A DNA stretch of 32,000 nt from Fastidiosibacter lacustris. Its GTDB lineage: Bacteria; Pseudomonadota; Gammaproteobacteria; Francisellales; Francisellaceae. The stretch is taken from positions 30,001 through 62,000 of the forward strand of contig NZ_QLIR01000001.1 in NCBI RefSeq assembly GCF_003428155.1. The letters are read 5' to 3'. The notes beneath the pieces are model-generated. The model was not told where the DNA came from. It made no database searches and worked only from the letters and a program-made list of their open reading frames with translations. The translations under genes were made by a program, and so were the position numbers. This document shows positions 17,293 to 26,267 of this stretch, in pieces. Every line of letters begins with the position of its first letter. Within the stretch, counting starts at the first letter, position 1.

Positions 17293-18405
17293 ATGGTTAA
17301 AAGGATTTTTTGGAGTTTGCTTATTGCATTTATGATTGTAATTACGATTGTTGTAATAATTAGTTGTGAAGTTGAGCAAAGTACAATAAAGAAAGTCTCA
17401 TATAAGTCTTTTGATAATATCATTGTTTTTGGTGATAGTTTGAGCGATAGTGCACCACCACAGACACAAGTAGGGAATAATTATTGGGTAAAACCATATG
17501 GTATTACGGATAAAATAGGTGCTCCTATTACAAGCGAAATCTCACTTAACTATCCTGTGCGTAAAACATGGTTAAATTATTTTATTGAACAAATGGATTT
17601 AAAATCAGGTAAAGATTTAACGCTTATTAAGGGACTAACACCCAATAGTGCATATTCACAAAATACCTCATTTGCAGTGGCTTCAGCTGAGACTGGGGAT
17701 TATTATTTAACGGATACCACTTGGGGACGTGATAATAATGCTAAGTGTGTTAATGGACTTGGTGATTATGGTCATTATAATTGTGTGCCTGGCGTACTAA
17801 AGCAAATAGATTTATACCTTAAAAATGTCAATGATAGACCTAATCCAAATTCGTTATTCATTATTTGGGCAGGTGGCAATGACTTTTACCAAAACATCAT
17901 TCGGATAGCAACGCAAAATGGGCAAACTTTAGCACATCCGATTGATAATATTGTTAAAGCGGTGAAGCGCCTGATGGTAAAAGGTGTGTCTGTGCAAAAT
18001 ATCTACGTCTTGAATTTACCTGATTTTTCGATGGTTCCAGGAGTTAGGGGATTATTAGATGCACATATAAAAAATAAATATTTGTATCAAGGTATCTCTG
18101 TTTTAATATCAGCCGTTTCACAACTTTATAATACGGGTCTTAGTGTCAACCTTGTATTAAAAACATTTGGGGTGTTTCCAGCAAACCATGTTTATTCGAT
18201 CGATAAATTATTTTTAGAAGTTTATTTTAATAAAGATGAAATATTGCAAAAATTGGGTTTGAATCAGTCAGTTAAAGTTACTTGTGTACAAATGAAAGAA
18301 ACCCCTTTATGCCAAGGCTTTTTATTTTATAATGGAATACACCCAACAACGGTTGTTCATCAATACCTTGCCAAGGAGCTTATTAAACATATTCAACGCA
18401 CGTAA
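17293..18405 (+). CDS. SGNH/GDSL-family lipase/acylhydrolase with lipoprotein-type signal peptide
   Basis: Block I IVFGDSLSD, block III IWAGGNDF, block V NGIHPT. The N-terminal hydrophobic segment ends in IISC (lipobox-like). ATG at 17293 lies behind AAGGGGA. Confidence 0.8.
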   Translation: MVKRIFWSLLIAFMIVITIVVIISCEVEQSTIKKVSYKSFDNIIVFGDSLSDSAPPQTQVGNNYWVKPYGITDKIGAPITSEISLNYPVRKTWLNYFIEQMDLKSGKDLTLIKGLTPNSAYSQNTSFAVASAETGDYYLTDTTWGRDNNAKCVNGLGDYGHYNCVPGVLKQIDLYLKNVNDRPNPNSLFIIWAGGNDFYQNIIRIATQNGQTLAHPIDNIVKAVKRLMVKGVSVQNIYVLNLPDFSMVPGVRGLLDAHIKNKYLYQGISVLISAVSQLYNTGLSVNLVLKTFGVFPANHVYSIDKLFLEVYFNKDEILQKLGLNQSVKVTCVQMKETPLCQGFLFYNGIHPTTVVHQYLAKELIKHIQRT

Positions 18406-18805
18406 AGGTCTCAAAATCGTGGCGAACCTGAGCTAGAACGCTTAAAACTTTCCCTGTTATGGTGTTGATAAATACCCAATTGGTTTCAGCCTTAACGACT
18501 GTTTCACCTTTATTATTTGTAAACACGTATTTGCGTAAAGCGGAACAGCGTTTAATTTCCTCAACCCAGGTTCGAGCTTCAATAATCTCTCCAAGGAAGG
18601 CTGGTTTGACATAATCAATGTAATGTGTTTTAGCAACCCATGTGCAATGGTTTTTATGGTATCTCTGAGTTGTCCAGCCACAAGCATTGGAGTGCATAAT
18701 AGCAATATCCTGCATCCATTTTAGGTATACAATATTGTTTACGTGTTTATTGACATCGATAAATTCTTCTGTAACGGTGAAATTATGTTTAAAAGCCTGC
18801 ATCAA
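18383..18805 (-). CDS. Hotdog-fold acyl-CoA thioesterase (4HBT/YbgC-like)
   Basis: 140 aa. IDVNKHVNNIVYLKWMQD is typical of the 4HBT active-site region. Confidence 0.7.
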   Translation of the reverse strand: MMQAFKHNFTVTEEFIDVNKHVNNIVYLKWMQDIAIMHSNACGWTTQRYHKNHCTWVAKTHYIDYVKPAFLGEIIEARTWVEEIKRCSALRKYVFTNNKGETVVKAETNWVFINTITGKVLSVLAQVRHDFETFTCVEYV

Positions 18806-18858
18806 TATAATCCGGTTATGTAGGTTGCAATATTATTTTATCATTACTCACTTGTGGT

Positions 18859-19605
18859 CTAAGTTATTTCTTGCCTGTCGATTTGGCGTAAAATGCTACC
18901 TGATATACCTGCTGCTTCAACTTTATGCTTTAATACATCACCATCACGTTGGTTATCAACAGGTCCGACATCAAGTCGATACCAATCCCCAACTTTTTGA
19001 ATAGTGGGTTTAAGCCCTGCTAAGATAAGCTTAGCACGTGTGGCATTGGCGTCCGTTAGATTTCGATATGAACCTACTTGCAGCATGTAGGTATAACGAT
19101 ATTGTTTAATGGGTTGAGGATTTGCATCAACTTGGACCGTTTTATTGGTTAGCGTATCGTAAAAAGTAAATTGCAGTGATTGATCTTGTTTCTTTTGTTC
19201 CTGTTTGGAAGGATTATTGGTTTGTTTCTTATTATTTGTTGTTACCTTGTCAATGTTTTGTTTATAAGTTGAAGTGTCTGTTTGATTGTTTTTGCTTAGA
19301 GGTACTAATGCTGTGGTAACTGTATCACCATGATCTCTGGTGGTTTGATTTTCCATTTGTTCCGCTTGCTTTGTTAACGTGGAAATTGTATTTAAAGTCG
19401 AAGAGGATGGCGCTGTGATTTTTTGTGTGCTTTCAGTGGTAGGCTTACTGGTATAGAAACTAATAATAAATGCAGCAATTAAAGTAAGTAAAATCGTGCC
19501 AAGAATAAGCTTTCTAGATGTTAGCGTACGCTCTGGTGTACTAAAACTGTTTAAGTACTTAGATTGAGGCTGATTGTGTTTTGTGGTTTTGGCATAATCA
19601 CGCAT
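18859..19605 (-). CDS. SPOR-domain (septal peptidoglycan-binding) membrane protein, FtsN/DedD-like
   Basis: One N-terminal TM helix (LILGTILLTLIAAFIISF), a long T/N/Q/K-rich linker, and a C-terminal SPOR-like domain (YMLQVGSYRN...ANATRAKLILAGL...WYRLDVGP). Confidence 0.75.
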   Translation of the reverse strand: MRDYAKTTKHNQPQSKYLNSFSTPERTLTSRKLILGTILLTLIAAFIISFYTSKPTTESTQKITAPSSSTLNTISTLTKQAEQMENQTTRDHGDTVTTALVPLSKNNQTDTSTYKQNIDKVTTNNKKQTNNPSKQEQKKQDQSLQFTFYDTLTNKTVQVDANPQPIKQYRYTYMLQVGSYRNLTDANATRAKLILAGLKPTIQKVGDWYRLDVGPVDNQRDGDVLKHKVEAAGISGSILRQIDRQEIT

Positions 19606-19782
19606 AAGTCAGATTTACTGTTTTAGTTTTAATAGCGAGATGTTTTTGGTATTTTAGTAATATATTGCCAAAGTATAAAGTGTATTTGCTCATAAAATGT
19701 ATATAATTTGTCAGGCAAGTTTCTTGAGTTTGATTTTATTTTCTCTACAGTGGTCATGAGAGAATTAGAAGGATAGACCAAA

Positions 19783-20757
19783 ATGGAGTTAATGATGGGT
19801 AAAGTAAACATTTATTCACTGGATCGAAATGGTTTTGCTCAAACGATAATACCAGAAGCTTTTGATTGGTTTAAGATAAAGCAGGAAAATGTATTAGTGT
19901 GGGTCCATTTGGATTTAACAGTTGCTGAAAAGTTTCTCCAACAGCATATGTTGGTAAGTGAAACGATTATCGATATGTTATGTGCACATGAAACGCGCCC
20001 AAGGGTGCTGATTTTTGATAACAGCATGCTAGCTAGCTTTCGAGCAATCAATTTAAATACAGGTCAAAATCCAGAGGATATGACTTCAATTCGGATGTGG
20101 CTATCTGAACAATTGATCATTACGGTCAAGCGTAGAACTCCTTATTCTGTTATTGAGATTCAAAGGATGCTCACTCAAGGGCAAGGTCCGAAGTGTACAA
20201 GTGATTTTTTAAGTGTTTTGCTGACACACATCACCACACACACGGATCAGTTACTTGATGAGTATGATCAAAAGTTGGACCAAATCGAGCAGGATGTGAA
20301 AAATGAAAAACCAATTATTTTGGCTGATAGAGTCAATGAAATATGTAAGAAAATCATCAGAATCAGGCGTTATATTTTACCACAGAGGGAGGCGATTCTT
20401 GCAATCTCTGCACATAAATTGACATGGCTAGATGACGATGACATTTTTGATTTACGTCAAACGCTGGATTCAAATATACGGCTGCTAGAAGACCTAGATG
20501 CAATGAAAGATAGAAGCTTAATTATTCAAGCGCAAATTCATTCCTATGAACAAAACCAAATCAATAAAAGGATGTATATTTTGTCTTTAGTAAGTGTGAT
20601 ATTTATTCCGTTGGGATTTATTACAGGATTATTGGGTATTAATGTTGCAGGTATTCCAGGTTCGGAACATCGTCATGGTTTTTTAATTGTTTGTATTTTG
20701 CTTGTGATTATTATGGTAGTGCATATTTTTATTATGCGTAAAATCAAGTGGGTTTAG
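19783..20757 (+). CDS. zntB: CorA-superfamily zinc transporter ZntB
   Basis: Colinear with E. coli ZntB from memory: ETRPRV, RRYILPQRE, and two C-terminal TM helices with GLLGINVAGIPG (the GxN motif). 324 aa. GAAGGA lies 9 nt upstream of the ATG. Confidence 0.85.
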   Translation: MELMMGKVNIYSLDRNGFAQTIIPEAFDWFKIKQENVLVWVHLDLTVAEKFLQQHMLVSETIIDMLCAHETRPRVLIFDNSMLASFRAINLNTGQNPEDMTSIRMWLSEQLIITVKRRTPYSVIEIQRMLTQGQGPKCTSDFLSVLLTHITTHTDQLLDEYDQKLDQIEQDVKNEKPIILADRVNEICKKIIRIRRYILPQREAILAISAHKLTWLDDDDIFDLRQTLDSNIRLLEDLDAMKDRSLIIQAQIHSYEQNQINKRMYILSLVSVIFIPLGFITGLLGINVAGIPGSEHRHGFLIVCILLVIIMVVHIFIMRKIKWV

Positions 20758-20758
20758 C

Positions 20759-21289
20759 TTATTTTTTTGATGATGACGTTGTTGTGATTTTAGCAGGAAC
20801 ATTAAGCGTTGCGCTGCCAATTACGACTTTAGTAGGTTTGTATAAAACTTCTGCTTTCCAAGTGCCATAACAGGAGCTCGTACCGTTTGCGCTATTGTGC
20901 TCAAATGTTCTATATGCCCAAGAATAATCGTTATTTTCTTTGTATTTCATGATTGGAAAAGTGCTGCTGAGACAATGTGGATCAGTTGGCGCAATCCAGT
21001 GTAGTCTTAAGTCGCCTTGTTTTGCGCCATTCCAATTAGTATAAACTTTTGCAATCAAGCGATCGCCTTTAATGCTGAGTTTAACGTTAGAGCTTGGAAG
21101 ATTAGTGTGTTTTATTACATCTTGAGGTTGCTCTTCAATTATCATAGAAGTCTCAGGCATAGCTTGCGTTATAACTTTATTTGGTCCTTGTGGTTGTGGT
21201 GACGCTGGAGTGTCGGCTTTTGGCGAGCTTGCACAAGCAGATAATAATGTGGCACTGGAAATAAGGCTTAGGATGGAGAGTCTTTTCAT
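20759..21289 (-). CDS. Lipoprotein of unknown function
   Basis: MKRLSILSLISSATLLSAC has a textbook lipobox (LLSAC), with AAGGAAG upstream of the ATG at 21289. No family motif was recognised in the mature part. The track ORF start at 21361 is rejected. Confidence 0.65.
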   Translation of the reverse strand: MKRLSILSLISSATLLSACASSPKADTPASPQPQGPNKVITQAMPETSMIIEEQPQDVIKHTNLPSSNVKLSIKGDRLIAKVYTNWNGAKQGDLRLHWIAPTDPHCLSSTFPIMKYKENNDYSWAYRTFEHNSANGTSSCYGTWKAEVLYKPTKVVIGSATLNVPAKITTTSSSKK

Positions 21290-21420
21290 TTTTTTCTTCC
21301 TTTTTGTTGAACTACTATAAGAGAACCTTATTACTATAACGCTAATATAAGCGTATAGCAAAGAGATAATCTAAGTCTGTATGAATGATTTTTCGAAATT
21401 TTTTGTTAAGTATTCGAGGA

Positions 21421-22626
21421 TTAATGTGTTTTAGATGAAAACCAAGATAAAATTATAAGCAAAACTAAGCTGATAACACTAGTAATAATTATGGTGCAAG
21501 CAAGTGGATAAGACGTATTAATAGCAAATAAAGTAGCAATCGAACCTATGATTGAACTTCCTCCTAGTTGTAATGCTCCAAGCATAGCGGAAGCCGCACC
21601 AGGGTATGCACCAAATGGTTCTAACGCGCCGCTGGCGCCTGAGCCCGCAGTAAGTGCGCAACCAAAAGTCGCAAGCATACTAGGACCAAAGAATCCCCAT
21701 AGACTCAATCCATTGATCTGGTAAATCACAATTAATAAAACGCCCGAAAATAAAATAAGTATCGTGCCAAGGATAGAAGTTCTTAATACTCCAAATTTAT
21801 GGACGATGGTGCCTGAAATAATCGAACCAACTAAAAAGGCACCACCTGCCATTCCAAAGAAAACTCCAATTTGTGAGCGTGCCTCATCAAGAGTTTGGAT
21901 AATATAAGGCGTCATCGAAAAAAGAGTGAAAAAGGCAGAAATTCCTGCAATTGCAGGAAAAGTGTAAGCCCAGAAAGTTAAACTTTTACAAATATTTAAA
22001 TAACGACCAATAAGGCTTGAATCAAACCTTTTGCGATTATCTGGATGTGAGCTTTCTTTAACAAAAAAGATGACCAAAATAAAGGTAAAAGCCCCTAGAA
22101 TTGCCAAGAAATAAAATATAGCGTGCCAGGGAAAATAAGTAGTTAAGATAACGCCTATGATAGGTCCTAAAATAGGAGAGACTGAGATCATTGCATTTAA
22201 AAAGCTATAAATCATTGCACTTTGTTTTCCAGAAAAAGCGTCTCTAACGATCGCAAATGCACTGACTGACATCCCGCAAGCACCTATACCTTGAAGTATG
22301 CGAAATATAATTAAGGCGCCTATATGTCCAGAATTGGCACATAATAATGAACCAATGAAAAAGAGTATAACAGAGCTAAGCAAAATTTTATAACGCCCAA
22401 ATTGGTCAGATAAAGGACCTAAGATGAGCTGCCCAAATCCTGTTACTAAAAAAAATAAAGACAGAGTGAGCTGAACCATTTCCTGAGAAGTATTCAAAAT
22501 GCGTTTCATTTCAGGAATAACAGGCATGTAAGTGTCTAATGCTAAAGCAAAGCTAAATACAACAGGTGCAAGTAAGAACACTGTTGTAAGTGGTTGATAA
22601 GGCCATTTGTAGTTTTTAGCAGACAT
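21421..22626 (-). CDS. MFS transporter, Bcr/CflA drug-resistance subfamily
   Basis: 12-TM-like hydrophobic profile. The N-terminal region LDTYMPVIPE...GQLILGPLSDQFGRYKILL parallels E. coli Bcr. Confidence 0.8.
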   Translation of the reverse strand: MSAKNYKWPYQPLTTVFLLAPVVFSFALALDTYMPVIPEMKRILNTSQEMVQLTLSLFFLVTGFGQLILGPLSDQFGRYKILLSSVILFFIGSLLCANSGHIGALIIFRILQGIGACGMSVSAFAIVRDAFSGKQSAMIYSFLNAMISVSPILGPIIGVILTTYFPWHAIFYFLAILGAFTFILVIFFVKESSHPDNRKRFDSSLIGRYLNICKSLTFWAYTFPAIAGISAFFTLFSMTPYIIQTLDEARSQIGVFFGMAGGAFLVGSIISGTIVHKFGVLRTSILGTILILFSGVLLIVIYQINGLSLWGFFGPSMLATFGCALTAGSGASGALEPFGAYPGAASAMLGALQLGGSSIIGSIATLFAINTSYPLACTIIITSVISLVLLIILSWFSSKTH

Positions 22627-22807
22627 GAGGATTATTATGTGTTTGAATTAAATAATGGACATTGTAATGGTTTTTTAAAAAAGACGATATGAAAAACGAG
22701 GTTAAAACAAGGTTTTTACATGAGGATACAAAAGGAGCAAAAAGCTAATGACAATTTTATTATGGACGATACACTACTAAAATTGCGCATAGTTAATAAT
22801 CCAAAAG

Positions 22808-24091
22808 ATGCCTCAAAAAAGTTTATCAGTTGCAAAAAAACCAATCAAAGCAGAGGTGAGTTTACCAGGTTCAAAGAGTTTATCGAACCGCGTGTTATTG
22901 ATTGCGGCGTTAGCCAATGGTGAATCAGTTATTGAAAATCTGCCCTTAAGTAAAGATGTGTTAGCAGCGGTTGGTGCACTAAAAGCGCTGGAAGTGAAAC
23001 ATTCATTTAATAAATGGGAAGGTAAAATCACTATTTTAGGGGGTGGAGGTAAATTTCCTAAAACAAATGCACGCATTTTTTGCAATGAAGCTGGAACATT
23101 AACGCGTTTTATTATTCCACTTTGTGCAGCGCAAGAGCAGGGAGAGTATTATATCTATGCAGCTTCTAGAATGATGGCGCGTCCAATTCAATCGCAATTA
23201 CAAGTGTTAGAAGCAATGGGAATGAAAGCGATTTATGAAGATGTGACACATAAACTACCAATAACTATAAAGGCTCAAAGCTTAAACCAGCAAGGTGTTC
23301 TTACTATTGATGGTGGTCAGAGTAGCCAGTTTTTATCGGGGTTACTGATGGCAGCTCCCTTTATTAAGGAAGGCTTAGTCATTAAGTCCAATACTGATCA
23401 CCCACAATCCTACGTTGATATGACGGTACAGATGATGCGCGATTTCGGTGTTAGGATTAATGTTCAAAATCATATTTATAGTGTGCCAGCAAAGCAATGT
23501 TATCAAGCTTGTCATTACGTAATTGAGCCAGACTTGTCAACGGCATCCTATTTCTGGGCGCTAGCTGCCATTACCAATGGCAAGATGAAAGTGAAACATG
23601 TTAAACTCAATGCGAAGCAAGGGGATATTCGTTTTCTAGAAGTTTTGAAAATGATGGGATGTCAAATATGTGAAGAACAAGATGGTATTACAGTTTATGG
23701 TACGGATAAGCTTAAAGGGGTAACAATCAATATGCGTAATTTCTCAGATACCTTTATGACTGTTGCTGCTATTGCTTGTTTTGCTGAGGGAGAAACGCAT
23801 ATCACGGGCTTAGCTCATACGCGTTTGCAAGAGTCGGATCGTCTCAGTGCGATGGCAGAAGGATTAACACGCTTAGGTGTTAAAGTGAAAACAACACAAG
23901 ACAGTATACATATTTATCCTAAAGAGTCGCATTTGCAAAGTGCCGAAGTGGATGGACACAGTGATCACCGTATTGCAATGTCCTTAGCATTACTTGGACT
24001 GGTACAATCAGAAGTTATCATCAAGGGAGCTGAATGTGTTAGTAAAACTTGTCCTGACTATTTTGAGCGGATGGAAAAAATCATTCAATAA
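22808..24091 (+). CDS. aroA: 3-phosphoshikimate 1-carboxyvinyltransferase (EPSP synthase), class I-like
   Basis: LPGSKSLSNRVLLIAALANGES, GNAGT-equivalent NEAGTLTRF, QSSQFLSGLLMAAP, LQESDRLSAM and DHRIAMSLALLGL. Confidence 0.92.
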   Translation: MPQKSLSVAKKPIKAEVSLPGSKSLSNRVLLIAALANGESVIENLPLSKDVLAAVGALKALEVKHSFNKWEGKITILGGGGKFPKTNARIFCNEAGTLTRFIIPLCAAQEQGEYYIYAASRMMARPIQSQLQVLEAMGMKAIYEDVTHKLPITIKAQSLNQQGVLTIDGGQSSQFLSGLLMAAPFIKEGLVIKSNTDHPQSYVDMTVQMMRDFGVRINVQNHIYSVPAKQCYQACHYVIEPDLSTASYFWALAAITNGKMKVKHVKLNAKQGDIRFLEVLKMMGCQICEEQDGITVYGTDKLKGVTINMRNFSDTFMTVAAIACFAEGETHITGLAHTRLQESDRLSAMAEGLTRLGVKVKTTQDSIHIYPKESHLQSAEVDGHSDHRIAMSLALLGLVQSEVIIKGAECVSKTCPDYFERMEKIIQ

Positions 24092-24118
24092 ACCGTTAAT
24101 TAACGTTAAACTAACGGT
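24092..24118 (+). terminator. Hairpin/palindrome cluster immediately after the aroA stop (ACCGTTA-N13-TAACGGT, with an inner perfect 12-bp palindrome CGTTAATTAACG)
   Basis: Read directly. There is no downstream T-run, so the intrinsic-terminator assignment is weak; it could instead be a protein-binding palindrome. Confidence 0.3.
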
Positions 24119-24141
24119 AATTTAGATAAAGGGTCTGATCA

Positions 24142-24744
24142 ATGCAAGTAAAGCAATTGCAGGATTTAGAGATAGTTTTATCGCGCTTTAGTGTTAAACG
24201 TGCGTTTTTTCTAGGTCATCAAAAGCCACAATACTTTGATAAGTTAATTGCATTGCATCACTATGCAGCAAGTGGTTTTTTAAAAACTAAAGCTGCATTT
24301 GGAGCATGTTTTAGAGAAGAAAATTGGCCTTTCCCTGCTCGATTTTTTGACATCATTCTACTGGAGAACACTTTCGTAGATCATTCAAAGTATACACAGT
24401 TGTTAAGTGAAGCATCGCGTGTACTAAGTGATGATGGTTATTTAATTGTGGTTCAATCCAAGACTTCTGCTAATGATAAAGAGCTTCCTTTTCGCCTAGT
24501 ATATCAGGTGTTAAAAGAGCATAAATTGCATAAAATCGATAGTCATTATTATGATACCTTTAAACTTCAACAAACAAAAACATGGTTACCCTGTTTGTTA
24601 CCAGAGAGTTTTTCTTATGTGTTTAATGCAAGCTTCAGCAAACGAGTTATCCCACTAAGCCCATTATTTTTAGGGACAAAAGATATGGTTAAACTCCCAG
24701 GTAAATATGCAATTGGAATGAACACTACAATAGGGAAGCTATAA
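24142..24744 (+). CDS. YafS-like class I methyltransferase-fold protein
   Basis: WPFPARFFDIILLENTF...LLSEASRVLSDDGYLIVV parallels E. coli YafS (LPFADKSVDVCLLAHTL...LLREADRVLIDDGWLVI). It sits next to rnhA as in E. coli. Confidence 0.55.
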   Translation: MQVKQLQDLEIVLSRFSVKRAFFLGHQKPQYFDKLIALHHYAASGFLKTKAAFGACFREENWPFPARFFDIILLENTFVDHSKYTQLLSEASRVLSDDGYLIVVQSKTSANDKELPFRLVYQVLKEHKLHKIDSHYYDTFKLQQTKTWLPCLLPESFSYVFNASFSKRVIPLSPLFLGTKDMVKLPGKYAIGMNTTIGKL

Positions 24745-24768
24745 ACGGTTTAATGAAAGAGAAACAAA

Positions 24769-25227
24769 ATGATTTTTAAGCCTAAAAAAGTAACGATTTA
24801 TACGGACGGTGCCTGTAGAGGTAATCCTGGTAAAGGAGGCTGGGGTGTAATCTTACAGTATAAATCTAAAATCAAAGAGTTATACGGGGGAGAGGAAAAT
24901 ACAACCAATAATCGTATGGAGTTATTAGCTGCAATTCAAGCATTATCGGCGCTTAAAACAATGTGTGAAGTGGAATTGTATACGGATTCTAAATACGTAC
25001 AGCAAGGTGTGAGTGAATGGTTAAATAATTGGCTTATTAGAGGTTGGAAGACAGCTAGCAATAAGCCTGTTAAAAACCAAGATCTATGGCAGACGTTAGA
25101 TGAATTGCGAAAAAAACATATCATCAAATGGCACTGGGTGAAGGGACATAATGGTGATCCTTTAAATGAGCGAGCGGATGAACTGGCAAATATGGGGGTA
25201 GGGAAAGATGCAATTAAGCTCAATTAA
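24769..25227 (+). CDS. rnhA: Ribonuclease HI
   Basis: [56 protein letters not shown]: the full DEDD catalytic set in the expected order. Confidence 0.93.
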   Translation: MIFKPKKVTIYTDGACRGNPGKGGWGVILQYKSKIKELYGGEENTTNNRMELLAAIQALSALKTMCEVELYTDSKYVQQGVSEWLNNWLIRGWKTASNKPVKNQDLWQTLDELRKKHIIKWHWVKGHNGDPLNERADELANMGVGKDAIKLN

Positions 25228-26248
25228 AGATAAAAAAATTTATGTTATCTATACAGGGGGGACGATTGGAATGGTAAAAACCGATCAAGGCTATGCTCCT
25301 AAACGAGGTTTTTTGCTGGATAAGATTAAAACAATTAAAGACTTTTATCATAATGGCGTTCCAGATTTTGAGATCAATGAATACCCTAAATTAATTGATT
25401 CAGCCAATATTAGACCTCAGGATTGGATTATAATTGCACGTGATATCATTAAAAACTACAACGCTTATAATGGTTTTGTCGTTTTACATGGCACAGATAC
25501 ACTTGCTTATACTGCCTCTAGTTTATCTTTTATGCTGAAGAATCTTAACAAACCGGTTATTTGTACTGGCTCTCAAATTCCCATTTCAGAATTAAGATCA
25601 GATGCTCAAGACAATATTCTGCACAGCTTAATTTTGGCAGCAGATAAACGCATACAGGAAGTTTGCATTTACTTTAATAAGCAGCTATTACGTGGTAACC
25701 GTGCAGTTAAAATTAATTCATCTGGCATGGATGCGTTTTGCTCGCCTAATTATCCTATACTTGGGCAGGTTGGTATTGATATTGAGTTAAACGAAACTTA
25801 TATACGTCATGTTAACAAAAATGCGACAACTGAGATTGAATTTAATTCTTTGAGTGTGCCAAAAGTCGCAATATTATCAATTTTTCCCGGGATGGATGTC
25901 AGTATTTTAAATAAGATATTACAGCCACCTTTACAGGGGCTTATTTTAAAGACCTATGGTGCAGGTAATATCATGAACTCAGATGAGATTATTGACGAGT
26001 TGATCGAAGCAAGTAAAAGAGGAGTAATTATTATTAATTGTACGCAATGCTTGAAAGGCAGTGTCAAAATGGGGGCTTATGAAGCAGGAATTGGATTGGT
26101 GAAAGCTGGTGTTATCTCAGGCTATGATATGACCGTTGAAGCAGCATTAACCAAGCTTTTTTATTTATTAAGTATTCCTGAGTTAGCTCAAAACGAAATA
26201 AAAGAGGCTTTACAGAAAGACCTTCGTGGTGAAATGACGGTTAGTTAA
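25208..26248 (+). CDS. ansA: Cytoplasmic (type I) L-asparaginase
   Basis: [13 protein letters not shown]-terminal threonine motif, [11 protein letters not shown], and length 346 aa. It overlaps the rnhA 3' end by 20 nt. Confidence 0.88.
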   Translation: MQLSSIKDKKIYVIYTGGTIGMVKTDQGYAPKRGFLLDKIKTIKDFYHNGVPDFEINEYPKLIDSANIRPQDWIIIARDIIKNYNAYNGFVVLHGTDTLAYTASSLSFMLKNLNKPVICTGSQIPISELRSDAQDNILHSLILAADKRIQEVCIYFNKQLLRGNRAVKINSSGMDAFCSPNYPILGQVGIDIELNETYIRHVNKNATTEIEFNSLSVPKVAILSIFPGMDVSILNKILQPPLQGLILKTYGAGNIMNSDEIIDELIEASKRGVIIINCTQCLKGSVKMGAYEAGIGLVKAGVISGYDMTVEAALTKLFYLLSIPELAQNEIKEALQKDLRGEMTVS

Positions 26249-26267
26249 TGCAAACACAGGAGTAAAG

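Noticed and set aside
18687-19004. 105-aa plus-strand ORF bridging the thioesterase and SPOR genes.
   Set aside because: It is antisense to two supported genes, has Cys/Leu/His-rich odd composition, and has no translation signals.
19629-19811. 60-aa minus-strand ORF in the SPOR/zntB divergent region.
   Set aside because: It overlaps the zntB start and promoter region and has no SD or motif, so it is probably spurious.
21290-21361. 24-codon extension upstream of the lipoprotein signal peptide (MLYAYISVIVIRFSYSSSTKRKKK).
   Set aside because: The internal ATG at 21289 has a strong AAGGAAG SD and begins a textbook lipoprotein signal. The extension lies in the promoter region.
22720-22923. 67-aa plus-strand ORF overlapping the aroA 5' end in another frame.
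   Set aside because: There is no SD or motif. It overlaps the conserved LPGSKS region of aroA out of frame, so it is probably spurious.
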